From: a virus
Taxonomy: Duplodnaviria > Caudoviricetes
Length of the DNA stretch: 64,000 nt
Direction: 5' to 3' (one strand)
IMG/VR virus record: IMGVR_UViG_3300032038_000001
Location: 128,001-192,000 of that record
In this document: positions 1 through 8,973 of the stretch, one piece after another
Layout: the number at the start of each line of letters is the position of its first letter
Numbering within the stretch: position 1 is the stretch's first letter
The notes under the pieces: generated by a model
The model's database searches: none
Told to the model about the DNA's origin: nothing
The model's input: only the letters and a program-made list of their open reading frames with translations
Position numbers and translations under genes: made by a program

Positions 1-2
1 TC

Positions 3-305
3 TATCCGTCAATACCATATCTTGGAATGGATATACAACAAGAATTGTATAAATTTGAAGATGAGATAGATACTGAGAAACTCAAGGCACAATTAGTATC
101 TCAGTGTAGTGATTTTTTACCATTAGTAAAAAATGGAGATTTTGATATCATAACTACTACTTACAATAATCAAACTCTGTTAATTTTTCAGTTACCTGTT
201 ATAATTAATAATAATCATATTGCACTTGCAGTTGGTATCACTTTGAATAAAGGACAACTAGTTTATCAATTTACAGAAAATCCTATAAATACACAAATTA
301 TTTAA
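3..305 (+). CDS. gp25-like baseplate wedge protein, 5'-truncated by window edge
   Basis: Frame is open upstream of the annotated ATG27, giving YPSIPYLGMDIQQELY, which resembles the P-x-x-P-x-[FL]-G...L[FY] core of gp25/GPW proteins; sits directly before a gp26-like gene. Confidence 0.5.
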   Translation, partial: YPSIPYLGMDIQQELYKFEDEIDTEKLKAQLVSQCSDFLPLVKNGDFDIITTTYNNQTLLIFQLPVIINNNHIALAVGITLNKGQLVYQFTENPINTQII

Positions 306-327
306 TTACAAAAGGAGGAACTAAAAA

Positions 328-2052
328 ATGTCCAATAGCATTAATGAAATCAACAATAATAGTTTTTTTAGCGATTCAGGTGCACAGAGAGATGAGTCTA
401 TTCCTCTCGATTCGCTTATAAAAGCTAAAAAAGAGAATACGCCTCAGCAGACTGAAAAGAAGAAAGAACTTTCTCCACTTGAGCAGATGAAAGTATCAAA
501 AGAAAACAATAACAGTGGTATGGAAATTTCTAATGAAGCTCTGAAAGAAAAGGAATTGAGAAATCCTATTATGGATGACCAGCGTCTTAGTGAATTTGAA
601 GAGAGAGAATTAGAACTTGATGAAAGTATAAATAAGAGAAAAGCTATTGTTGTAATTAAGGAACCAACTAATAGCTTTGAATATATGAATTTAATGATGG
701 AGCTTGATTCCGTTGTCCTCCATGACGATGGAACAGCAACTATTGAATATAAGGATAAGCACGGAAATCCTATGACTCCTCAGTATATTCGTCTTCGCGA
801 AGATGGAGATGAGGCTTTCGATCTTGGAAAGGATAAGAAAGCTATGGCTGAAAGAGCTAAGATGAAGGATGTTTCAGCACCGCCCGAGAATAATGACTCT
901 GGAGCAATTGCTGGAGATGCTCCTGATGATGAACTTAATAAGACAGTTCAGGTTCTTATTGATAAGACCGGACTTGGAACAGACTTTATTTTCAATGATG
1001 AAGAAAAGAAAAAACTCACTGAAGCTCCCGAAATTCAAATTCGTGAAATTGAATTTGTTGATATTGAAAGTATCATTTCTAAGAAAAGTGAAAAATCGTT
1101 TCAGGAATCTATATCAGCATATCAACTTTCAAATTCTAAAACTACCATTTGTTTCCCGGCTTCAGGCTTTAGAGCTCAGATGAAGGGTCTTACATATGGT
1201 GAGATGGGTGACATTTCACTCTCTATGGATTCAGTTACATTTGATCAGTATAGAAAGCGTCTTTCAATCATATACAATAAAATGGTTAATAGCAATATTG
1301 GACCATTTAAGTCATTTGAAGACTTCCTTAAGGGATTTGCATATGTTGATATTCCTATGGCACTTTATGGTCTGTATATCTCAACTCAGTCAGAAATACA
1401 GACGATTCAGCTTCGTTGTGGTAATGAAGAGTGTGGTAAATCATTTAATTGGGAATTCAGCACACGCAGTGTAATAAGACTTGAGAAGTGCTCTAAGCAG
1501 TTCCTTGAAAAGATGAAGGAAATTGCAACTTCTCCCGCTTCTGAATATGACAAGATTCGTGAGAAATCTGCTGTAATGAATTCTAAATATGTAAAATTAC
1601 CTTACTCTGGATTCATCGTAGAGATGGGTATTATTTCAGCATATGAATTTCTTTATAATTTTATTCCAGTTCTTGATGAAAAGACATTTAAGGATGCTTT
1701 TGGTGAAGATCTGAATGAAATTTATATGAACAACGTTCTCTTACTTACAACAGTTAAGTCTGTCCGTGTTCCTAATGACGATGGTACATATTCTGTTGCA
1801 GAAGGATACAAGGATATTCTTGATGCTATATACAGAATTAATCCTGAAGAAATTAAGCTCCTTGCAGCTATTACAAATAAGCTTACAACTGAATATCAGT
1901 CATATTTCTCATTTGGCGATGTTACTTGTCCTCATTGTGGAAATGTAACACATGACCTTGACCTGACTATGGATGACCTGGTTTTTCAGACATATCAACG
2001 GTTGCTGAGTACCGAAATCAATGTACAGAACATGCAAAGTTTCTCGATGTAA
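328..2052 (+). CDS. T4 gp26-like baseplate hub / tail assembly chaperone with two CxxC motifs
   Basis: 574 aa, RBS AAAGGAGG; C-terminal half has FPASG..., CGNEEC and a terminal CPHCG...L...VF pattern typical of gp26-like hub proteins. Confidence 0.55.
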   Translation: MSNSINEINNNSFFSDSGAQRDESIPLDSLIKAKKENTPQQTEKKKELSPLEQMKVSKENNNSGMEISNEALKEKELRNPIMDDQRLSEFEERELELDESINKRKAIVVIKEPTNSFEYMNLMMELDSVVLHDDGTATIEYKDKHGNPMTPQYIRLREDGDEAFDLGKDKKAMAERAKMKDVSAPPENNDSGAIAGDAPDDELNKTVQVLIDKTGLGTDFIFNDEEKKKLTEAPEIQIREIEFVDIESIISKKSEKSFQESISAYQLSNSKTTICFPASGFRAQMKGLTYGEMGDISLSMDSVTFDQYRKRLSIIYNKMVNSNIGPFKSFEDFLKGFAYVDIPMALYGLYISTQSEIQTIQLRCGNEECGKSFNWEFSTRSVIRLEKCSKQFLEKMKEIATSPASEYDKIREKSAVMNSKYVKLPYSGFIVEMGIISAYEFLYNFIPVLDEKTFKDAFGEDLNEIYMNNVLLLTTVKSVRVPNDDGTYSVAEGYKDILDAIYRINPEEIKLLAAITNKLTTEYQSYFSFGDVTCPHCGNVTHDLDLTMDDLVFQTYQRLLSTEINVQNMQSFSM

Positions 2053-2204
2053 CTCTTTCTTTATTTAAAGGAGAATTGAGTCTTACTGATATTTTGCATG
2101 AACTGCCATTTCGTAGGTTACTAGAGTTACGGTCTGCTCGTGTCAATCGGTTGATGGAAGAGTCTAAAGAATTGGAAAAATCCAGTATAAATAAATCTGG
2201 TTAA
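1980..2204 (+). CDS. -1 frame extension (gp51-like / GT-type) of the gp26-like gene, reached via slippery G_GTT_TTT
   Basis: -1 frame is open from 1977 to TAA 2202-2204 (…AKFLDVTLSLFKGELSLTDILHELPFRRLLELRSARVNRLMEESKE…) with no well-placed start; heptamer GGTTTTT at 1980-1986 lies 4 nt after the last upstream stop in that frame. Confidence 0.6.
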   Translation, partial: GFSDISTVAEYRNQCTEHAKFLDVTLSLFKGELSLTDILHELPFRRLLELRSARVNRLMEESKELEKSSINKSG

Positions 2205-2316
2205 GACCGAAAAAGACGATAAAAGGAATCATTGTGAATAAGTAATAAATTTCTTTCTTTATTACTTACCTATGTTCAAAAATTATTTAAGTTTATTAAA
2301 GAAAGGAATTCGCCAA

Positions 2317-2631
2317 ATGAAGAAGACAATGACTGAGTATATATCAGCATTATCTACTAATTCATTCGATATACTTGAAAGTATCATAGAAAAGAAATAT
2401 CAAAAATTTATTACTTTATACTGGATGCTAAAAGATTATAGTGATAATATTTTTAGTCTTAAATATAAAGATACAAAAGATCAAGTTCTTAAAATAGAGG
2501 TTGAGCTTTCAGGTATTGATATAGACAAGGTTATGTCAGACCTTCATGACAGCATATCGGATGATTGTTCAGTACTGATATATAATGAAAAGAAAAAAAT
2601 TCATATTGAAATAACAAAAGAAGAAAAATAA
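2317..2631 (+). CDS. hypothetical protein
   Basis: ORF track 2272..2631; AAAGGA RBS favours ATG2317. Confidence 0.6.
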   Translation: MKKTMTEYISALSTNSFDILESIIEKKYQKFITLYWMLKDYSDNIFSLKYKDTKDQVLKIEVELSGIDIDKVMSDLHDSISDDCSVLIYNEKKKIHIEITKEEK

Positions 2632-2636
2632 AAAAA

Positions 2637-2671
2637 ATAAGCGGTGTGAGATTAAATCTCACACCGCTTAT
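2637..2671. terminator. bidirectional intrinsic terminator
   Basis: Perfect inverted repeat ATAAGCGGTGTGAGATT/AATCTCACACCGCTTAT between convergent genes, A-run on the left. Confidence 0.8.
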
Positions 2672-2676
2672 ATTAG

Positions 2677-3612
2677 TTATTGAGGCTGCCTTTTTGCCAT
2701 GCAAGCCTCAATGTACTCACATGTTGTATTCACATTATTTTCCAAGTGAGCACATACTGAAGGCCACTGCCACTCTCTTATAACACCATCTTCGCAACAT
2801 TTGAACATTACATCGTTACGTATCATTTTATTATTTATATGTCCATCAACGATATATTTATTCTCTATGTTAGTATTAAATATATCATCAATTACTGAAT
2901 CAATCGTGTCAATGACATTCTCATAATGCTCTCTATTGATTTTCATTATCTTACTACGAATGTAGCGTTCTTCGTATCCCGTAACTCCGAAATCATCCTG
3001 TGAGAACTTCAGATATTTATCTACAAGTTCGTTCTCTATTCTTTCCCAGTTTATCTTCTTCGTCGTCATCATTATTTGATTATATAGCAGGCCTATACAA
3101 TCATCAATGCGTGCCGCCCACACCTCGCGGGATTTATACGGGCACTCATTTATGGGCGGATAGATGAGAACTGCTTCCTCAGATGAGAGTTCGTCTGCTT
3201 CTGCTTCTGTTTCGTCAACTGTTTCCTCAACTGTTTCTGTTTCGTCAACTGCTTCCTCAACTGCTTCCTGTTCTTCCTCAGATGAGAGTTCAGCGGCTTC
3301 TGCTTCGTCGACGTCGTTTTCCACCATTATCTCATCATCGTCTGCTTCGATTTCAGCATCAAGAGCATCGTCAGCATCATCCGAGAGTTCAGCTGCTTCT
3401 GCTTTGTCACCCGAGTCCTGCTCTTCCTCAGCTGCTTCTGCTTCCGCTTCGTCGACGTCGTTTTCCACCATTATCTCATCATCGTCTCCACCGAACTCAG
3501 CAGCATCAAAGGCCTGCTTAGCAAGTTTCCGCTGTCTCAGGATTGCAAAAATGCTTATTCCTGAAAGTCCTACTACACCAGCACCGATAGCGATTTTAGT
3601 TGTCTTTTTCAT
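2677..3612 (-). CDS. membrane-anchored acidic protein with internal duplication
   Basis: 311 aa; N-terminal hydrophobic helix (IAIGAGVVGLSGISIFAIL); E/D/A-rich region with DDDEIMVENDVDEAEA twice; RBS AAGGAGGT. Confidence 0.8.
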   Translation of the reverse strand: MKKTTKIAIGAGVVGLSGISIFAILRQRKLAKQAFDAAEFGGDDDEIMVENDVDEAEAEAAEEEQDSGDKAEAAELSDDADDALDAEIEADDDEIMVENDVDEAEAAELSSEEEQEAVEEAVDETETVEETVDETEAEADELSSEEAVLIYPPINECPYKSREVWAARIDDCIGLLYNQIMMTTKKINWERIENELVDKYLKFSQDDFGVTGYEERYIRSKIMKINREHYENVIDTIDSVIDDIFNTNIENKYIVDGHINNKMIRNDVMFKCCEDGVIREWQWPSVCAHLENNVNTTCEYIEACMAKRQPQ

Positions 3613-3780
3613 AAGATTACCTCCTTGTAATCATACTCTGTTTTATTGACTGTGGTAAACAGAGGGAACATACAAAGTTCTGAGAAACCACTTAAATGTT
3701 TTTATGTAATAATCTATATATAACTTAACCTGATACCTTCACTATGAAGTTAGGGTAAGTTATTATATATCTTATTACAC
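3613..3780 (-). ncRNA. conserved structured 5' leader RNA, copy 1
   Basis: Homologous to 4341-4509 and 5565-5736; 39-nt identical core (3634-3672); compensatory changes in stems between copies. Confidence 0.75.
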
Positions 3781-3815
3781 GGAGATAGTATATATATGAA
3801 ATTATTAAGTTTACG
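3777..3815 (-). promoter_or_regulatory. early-type phage promoter CGTA-N17-TATATACTAT-N4-GTGT
   Basis: Same 39-nt fixed-spacing motif at six sites in the window. Confidence 0.65.
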
Positions 3816-4004
3816 GTTATAAGAATAAAAATACTCTTAAAAAAATCAGGAACATATAAACCTGTATAAATAAGAATACATTCTTTCTCCTTTTTTCTCA
3901 TAGGACCTTAAAAAACTTGTAATTTGAAACTACTAAAAAATAAATAAGTCTTTTATAAAATAAAAAAAAGAAGCCCATACTATTACAGTATGGGCTCCCA
4001 TTAT

Positions 4005-4340
4005 TCAATCATTGGAAGGGGATGGATGGTGCCATCGTTCATCGATCCACCCCCATGTTATGAATGCCTTTCCATTGCATTCACCGTACCCTCTCATTAT
4101 GGCGTCTATGAATATACGCCCTTCCCTGGGAACAAACCCTGAAAAATCAGGGTTTAATTCATGGATGCCGAATTCGAACAGAACCCCTCTCTCAGACATA
4201 GCTGAGGTTATGTCTGAGAGAAGGTCTTCGGTGAGAAGCCCTCTAAACAATTCTAGCTCCATGTTTTGTTGAAAAAGCTGAGGACTCATTCTCCCAGCCT
4301 TTTCAACAAATTCATCTATCTGATTAATGATATTTTTCAT
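4005..4340 (-). CDS. hypothetical protein
   Basis: 111 aa, RBS AGGAGGT, followed by hairpin 3972-3996. Confidence 0.75.
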   Translation of the reverse strand: MKNIINQIDEFVEKAGRMSPQLFQQNMELELFRGLLTEDLLSDITSAMSERGVLFEFGIHELNPDFSGFVPREGRIFIDAIMRGYGECNGKAFITWGWIDERWHHPSPSND

Positions 4341-4509
4341 ATGATTACCTCCTAGTAATCTTACTCTGTTTTATTGACTGTGGTAAACAGAGGGAACATA
4401 CAAAGTTCCGAGAAACCACTTAACTGTTTTTATGTAATAATCTATATAACATCTTAACTCGATACCTTCGTTATGAAGTTGAGGTAAGTTATTATATATC
4501 TTATTACAC
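4341..4509 (-). ncRNA. conserved structured 5' leader RNA, copy 2
   Basis: Identical core 4362-4400; covarying stems. Confidence 0.75.
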
Positions 4510-4544
4510 ATAAATTATATATATATGAAAATATTCAGTTTACT
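4506..4544 (-). promoter_or_regulatory. early-type phage promoter (AGTA variant)
   Basis: AGTA-N17-TATATATAAT-N4-GTGT. Confidence 0.6.
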
Positions 4545-4635
4545 GTTTTATAATAAAAATATTATACCATTTAAAAATAATACTCTTAAAAATTAGGAAC
4601 ACAAACCTGTAAAAAAGGAGAAAGAAGGTATTCTT

Positions 4636-5373
4636 ATGAAAGAAATAGTATCAACAATCAACGGTAAAAAAACAGTAATGTCTATTCAGACGAACGGAGT
4701 AACTATTACAAAAAATATTGACGATAGTAATAGTTACGAAATAACCATCTATTCATCTCGATTGAAGAAGATAATAAAGAAAAAAATTATCCCAATCATT
4801 GATTGTATGAGTGATAATGATACAATTATAATTACTCCATCTGTTAGTAACAATGGGGTTCATACACGAATAGTGTGCGGGATAAATAAAGAAATGGTTG
4901 AATCATTATTATTATGGTATAATTCATTAGAATGTATTTTATCAATAAACAGATATTTGATTAAAGAATTCAACGAATATACTGATTATGAATTTGATAT
5001 AAAACGTGTGATTTATAGCAATTCTCATTCAACATTTTGGGAAACTATTAATAAAGATAAAGAATTGTATTTCACTAAAATAAATCAATACCAAAATGGT
5101 ATTATGTATATAACCACTAATAAAAATACTCATAGAGAAATTACATCATTGATAGCAAGGTCAACTTCTAAAATGACTCAATCAATTATTGATAAAGAAA
5201 TATCTTTTGATAATATTATTTCTATCAAAAGACTTATTAATGAAGAAAATATGAGTATTGATGAAGCGATAGAAAAAATTATTGGTGACACTAGTCGTTT
5301 CAACAGATATTTTAATAATTATGTGATACGGTATAAAAATTTAGATAAAATAATTCATTCATTAATAAAATAA
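4636..5373 (+). CDS. hypothetical protein
   Basis: 245 aa, AAGGAG RBS, AACA-N6-TG motif at 4598-4609. Confidence 0.7.
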   Translation: MKEIVSTINGKKTVMSIQTNGVTITKNIDDSNSYEITIYSSRLKKIIKKKIIPIIDCMSDNDTIIITPSVSNNGVHTRIVCGINKEMVESLLLWYNSLECILSINRYLIKEFNEYTDYEFDIKRVIYSNSHSTFWETINKDKELYFTKINQYQNGIMYITTNKNTHREITSLIARSTSKMTQSIIDKEISFDNIISIKRLINEENMSIDEAIEKIIGDTSRFNRYFNNYVIRYKNLDKIIHSLIK

Positions 5374-5382
5374 ATAAAAAAA

Positions 5383-5416
5383 AAGAGATACTAGTCTTGT
5401 AAGACTAGTATCTCTT
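5383..5416. terminator. bidirectional intrinsic terminator
   Basis: Perfect 16-bp inverted repeat flanked by A- and T-runs. Confidence 0.8.
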
Positions 5417-5423
5417 CTTTTTT

Positions 5424-5564
5424 TTAGATTAAAGCATTAACAATTGCTACAACTATTCCAAGAATGAGTATGACTGTCAACGCGACACCGATATCGTGAT
5501 CACGCTTCAATCTCTTGTAACCCTTGAATTTTCTTTCGCCGTTTTCTTTTCTGTTATTTTTCAT
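5424..5564 (-). CDS. small membrane peptide (46 aa)
   Basis: Start re-called at ATG5564 after AAGGAGGT; MKNNRKENGERKFKGYKRLKRDHDIGVALTVILILGIVVAIVNALI has a basic N-terminus and a C-terminal TM helix. Confidence 0.7.
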   Translation of the reverse strand: MKNNRKENGERKFKGYKRLKRDHDIGVALTVILILGIVVAIVNALI

Positions 5565-5736
5565 AATAAGTACCTCCTTATTGTACTTATACTCTGTTTT
5601 ATTGACTGTGGTAAACAGAGGGAACATAAAAGTTCCGAGAAACCACTTACTGCTGTTTATGTAATAATCTATATAATATCTTAATCTGACGCCTTCGCTA
5701 TGAAGTTAGATTAAGATATCATTTATCTTATTACAC
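5565..5736 (-). ncRNA. conserved structured 5' leader RNA, copy 3
   Basis: Identical core 5590-5628; most diverged copy, retains all stems through compensatory changes. Confidence 0.75.
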
Positions 5737-5771
5737 TGAAATATTATATATATGAAATTATTAAGTTTACG
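5733..5771 (-). promoter_or_regulatory. early-type phage promoter
   Basis: CGTA-N17-TATATAATAT-N4-GTGT. Confidence 0.65.
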
Positions 5772-5810
5772 GTTTTATAATAATATCTTTTTTATTTTTT
5801 TTATAATTGA

Positions 5811-5822
5811 AACATTGAAATA
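5811..5822 (+). promoter_or_regulatory. late-type promoter AACA-N6-TA for the lysis operon
   Basis: AACATTGAAATA matches the AR9 non-virion RNAP late consensus. Confidence 0.65.
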
Positions 5823-5849
5823 AAATATTATCTATAGGAGGGTTTAGTA

Positions 5850-6029
5850 ATGGCAAAAATCACTAAGCAAACTGAAAAAGAAATTATAAAGTCTGCTGCA
5901 TACGGTTATTCAGTTAAAAAAATAGCTGAAATATATGGTATAACTGAAGACTTTACAAAATCTGTAATTAATTCAAATAAGGAAGAAATTGCATCACAAA
6001 AGAAATATCTTGCGGAGGTGGGTAAATAA
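5850..6029 (+). CDS. small helix-turn-helix-like protein (59 aa), missing from ORF track
   Basis: AGGAGG RBS; MAKITKQTEKEIIKSAAYGYSVKKIAEIYGIT...; stop overlaps the lysin ATG. Confidence 0.7.
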   Translation: MAKITKQTEKEIIKSAAYGYSVKKIAEIYGITEDFTKSVINSNKEEIASQKKYLAEVGK

Positions 6030-6904
6030 TGGCAAACTATCAAGGTATTGATGTATCAGTACATAATGGTTATGTTGATTATTCAAAGGTTAAATCAAGT
6101 AAATCATTTGTAATGATTCGTGCAGGATATGGTAAATATATTTCTCAGAAAGATGCTAGATTTGAAGAGAACTACAAGAATGCTAAGGCTAATGGATTAC
6201 ATGTAGGAGCATACTGGTATAGCTATGCACATACTGTTGCAGATGCTGTCCAAGAAGCTAAGATATTCCTTCAGGCAATCGCTGGTAAACAGTTTGATAT
6301 GCCTATTGCATTTGATATGGAAGAAAGTTTCCAGGCATCAATGTCATCATCTCTGAAGGCCCAGATTATTGAAGCTTTCTGTAATTATTGTGAGAAGCAG
6401 GGATATTTCGTCCAGCTTTATAGCTATGAATCATTCCTCAATGGTGTACCTGCTGCAACAAGAGCAAAGTATGATGTTTGGTGTGCAAATATAACTAGAA
6501 AGCCTTCTATTACATATGGAATGCATCAATATTCATTTACTGGAAGAGTATCTGGTATTTCAGGTAATGTTGACCTTAATGAAACATCTAAAGACTATCC
6601 GTCTATTATCAAGGGTGCTGGACTGAATGGTTATCCTAAATCATCAACACCTACTAAGAATCCTTCTGTTCTTGATAAAACCGGTTTCAAAAAGGGCGAC
6701 AGTAATGAAGGAACCCTCGCACTGAAGAAACTGCTTAAGATTGCCAAGGCCAAGGGAGTAATAACTCAGTCAGTTGATGACAATCTCGGTTTCGGTGATG
6801 GTACTGAAAAAGCAGTTAACCAGTTCCTTAAGAAGCTTGGTTATAAAGAAAACAGTATTGCTGGTAAGAACTTCATTAATAAACTTTATGATGCTATAAA
6901 GTAA
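6029..6904 (+). CDS. GH25 muramidase endolysin with C-terminal peptidoglycan-binding-like domain
   Basis: GIDVSVHNG, IRAGYG, VGAYWYSYA, AFDMEE, HQYSFTG...VDLN motifs; C-terminal KKGDS...VDDNLGFGDGTEKAV. Confidence 0.92.
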   Translation: MANYQGIDVSVHNGYVDYSKVKSSKSFVMIRAGYGKYISQKDARFEENYKNAKANGLHVGAYWYSYAHTVADAVQEAKIFLQAIAGKQFDMPIAFDMEESFQASMSSSLKAQIIEAFCNYCEKQGYFVQLYSYESFLNGVPAATRAKYDVWCANITRKPSITYGMHQYSFTGRVSGISGNVDLNETSKDYPSIIKGAGLNGYPKSSTPTKNPSVLDKTGFKKGDSNEGTLALKKLLKIAKAKGVITQSVDDNLGFGDGTEKAVNQFLKKLGYKENSIAGKNFINKLYDAIK

Positions 6905-6906
6905 AA

Positions 6907-6949
6907 AAAAGAATGCTGTGTAAGATTAAATCTTACACAGCATTCTTTT
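6907..6949. terminator. bidirectional intrinsic terminator
   Basis: Perfect ~21-bp inverted repeat after the lysin. Confidence 0.8.
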
Positions 6950-6980
6950 ATTGATCTAAAATAAAGAGATTGCGTATTTT

Positions 6981-7940
6981 CTATATCTTATCTTTTATTC
7001 TTTTATGAATATCATCATATAGTTTGGAATATTTAGAAATATTAACCAATCTCATTAAAAATATATTATTCATTTTAAAATGAATACTATCTCTTTCTTT
7101 AATATTATTAATAAAAATATCTGAATATGTTTTTACTAATGATTTATAATATTTTTTATCATATTCAACTAGCGTATTAAAGAACCATGATATTATAAAC
7201 ATACGTAATGCAAACTCAAATGGAGATGAAAAGCATACACCTTCTTTTCTAAGTGAACTAAATATTTTATCAGATGTATACTTTAAAGCGTGAGGGAGTT
7301 CAAACATAGCATAATTCTTTAATTTATTTTTTTCTTTCATTTTCTTTTTTATATCTTTTATATCGAGTTTTATGTGTATATTTTTTAATATTTTATCTTC
7401 TGAATAAACATCAGTAAAAACAAATGTATTTGGTGTAAAATACACATCAACATATCTACTATGCTCTGGATTCACAAAATATCTTCGCTTATTACCATTA
7501 GCAGATTCTTCATATTTTACACCTTCTGAATATGCATCATATATAAAGTTAATCATATCTTTTCGGTGTTTTATTTCATTAATAGAGTTTTTTATCGATG
7601 AATTCATCTTCCGAAAGTCTGTTTCATCAATTATTGTTTTAAAATCTGATTCAACCAGTGCTATTACAGTATTACCAAGAGTGTCAACAATCATTGGAAC
7701 TGTTTCTATACAATCATCAATCATACTATCTATATATTTTAAATCGTTATCATCAATTTCCATTAATGATGTATCTTTAATAAATTTGTCATAAGCAACA
7801 AGAAGTTCATTCATCTGATTTATTATCGCTTTTATATTTTGTGACAAAATTACTCCTTGGCTATATCCAATATATTCAAAGTTTATTTTCATATAACTAT
7901 TCCCCTTATTATATATAATTAATATCACATTATTTTCCAT
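6981..7940 (-). CDS. hypothetical protein
   Basis: 319 aa ORF in a minus-strand run. Confidence 0.65.
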   Translation of the reverse strand: MENNVILIIYNKGNSYMKINFEYIGYSQGVILSQNIKAIINQMNELLVAYDKFIKDTSLMEIDDNDLKYIDSMIDDCIETVPMIVDTLGNTVIALVESDFKTIIDETDFRKMNSSIKNSINEIKHRKDMINFIYDAYSEGVKYEESANGNKRRYFVNPEHSRYVDVYFTPNTFVFTDVYSEDKILKNIHIKLDIKDIKKKMKEKNKLKNYAMFELPHALKYTSDKIFSSLRKEGVCFSSPFEFALRMFIISWFFNTLVEYDKKYYKSLVKTYSDIFINNIKERDSIHFKMNNIFLMRLVNISKYSKLYDDIHKRIKDKI

Positions 7941-8545
7941 ATATTTTGAAGGATATCACATGTCTCAATCCAATTACGACTGAAATATGTATTTGGTGTA
8001 TTGATCAAATATTCATTATATGGTTGAGCTGCTATTATAACTGGAATAGATTGAGATACATTTAAAATGTGTTTTGGGTCATCATCTACCATGACATCTA
8101 TTGAATTTTCTTCACAAACTTTTCGTTTATCTTTTGCTCCAAAAATTATATCATTATATGGTATTTTATTTTCTTCTAGCCAATCTAATGTATCATGTAC
8201 CATTCTATCCCCAGTATAAGGTATTCCGGGTTTATTATATTTATCATCTCTAGCCGTAATGATAACTATTCTATAGCCTTTACGTGATAAAATTCGTAAA
8301 GCTTCCGATGCCCCTATCTCAACTTCATTGAATTTACAATTCCATGGAAAATATCTAATCATATAAATTTTATACAATTCATCTGAAAAATTAAACATTT
8401 TTTTGACATCGCACTCATCAAGATGTTCTTCACATTTATGATTGAATTCCTTACATAATTCCCTACCGTGTATTATATCATAAAAATGTGCTCTGTTGAT
8501 AGTAGAGTCTATGTCAACACCAATAGATAATTCTAATTTATTCAT
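7925..8545 (-). CDS. HAD-superfamily 5'(3')-deoxyribonucleotidase-like phosphatase
   Basis: Motifs DIDST (DxD), ITAR, K, VDDD; start re-called at MNKLELSIGVDID after GAGGGG. Confidence 0.8.
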   Translation of the reverse strand: MNKLELSIGVDIDSTINRAHFYDIIHGRELCKEFNHKCEEHLDECDVKKMFNFSDELYKIYMIRYFPWNCKFNEVEIGASEALRILSRKGYRIVIITARDDKYNKPGIPYTGDRMVHDTLDWLEENKIPYNDIIFGAKDKRKVCEENSIDVMVDDDPKHILNVSQSIPVIIAAQPYNEYLINTPNTYFSRNWIETCDILQNIWKIM

Positions 8546-8879
8546 TTTTATCCGTCCCCTCATCATCAAATATTTTTTCATGAATTTTAAACGGTTTATC
8601 ATCGTATGCTTTAGTATGTTTAAATTCTTCCATACATTTTTTATAGAAATTCCAATTTTCATTTATAGTCTTTACTGACTTTTTATTTTGTATTATTCTT
8701 GAGTTAAACAATCCAATTATTATTGAAAATATAAATAATAACGCTGGAAGAATAATATATGAAATAAAATTCTTAAAAGGATTTATTTTGTGTGCTATAT
8801 TATATATAGTTATTCCTAATGATGATAGAAATGTTATTATCATCACATAGTCTAAAATTTTTGACAATATTTTTCTCAT
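8538..8879 (-). CDS. membrane protein, two TM helices
   Basis: 113 aa, AAGGAG RBS, two hydrophobic segments. Confidence 0.7.
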   Translation of the reverse strand: MRKILSKILDYVMIITFLSSLGITIYNIAHKINPFKNFISYIILPALLFIFSIIIGLFNSRIIQNKKSVKTINENWNFYKKCMEEFKHTKAYDDKPFKIHEKIFDDEGTDKNE

Positions 8880-8973
8880 TATTTATTTCTCCTTATAACT
8901 AAAAATATTATAATACTGTAAAAAAATGAATGAAAAACAAATACTTAACTAAGACTTTTTTAGGAGGGGTAAA

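Noticed and set aside
3164-3649. Ser/Ala-rich plus-strand ORFs
   Set aside because: Antisense shadows of the acidic gene 2677..3612; no RBS
3613-5771. CRISPR array or attC-type integron interpretation of the three repeats
   Set aside because: Repeats are ~200 bp, separated by whole genes and include promoter and RBS; no cas or integrase gene and no attC core sites seen
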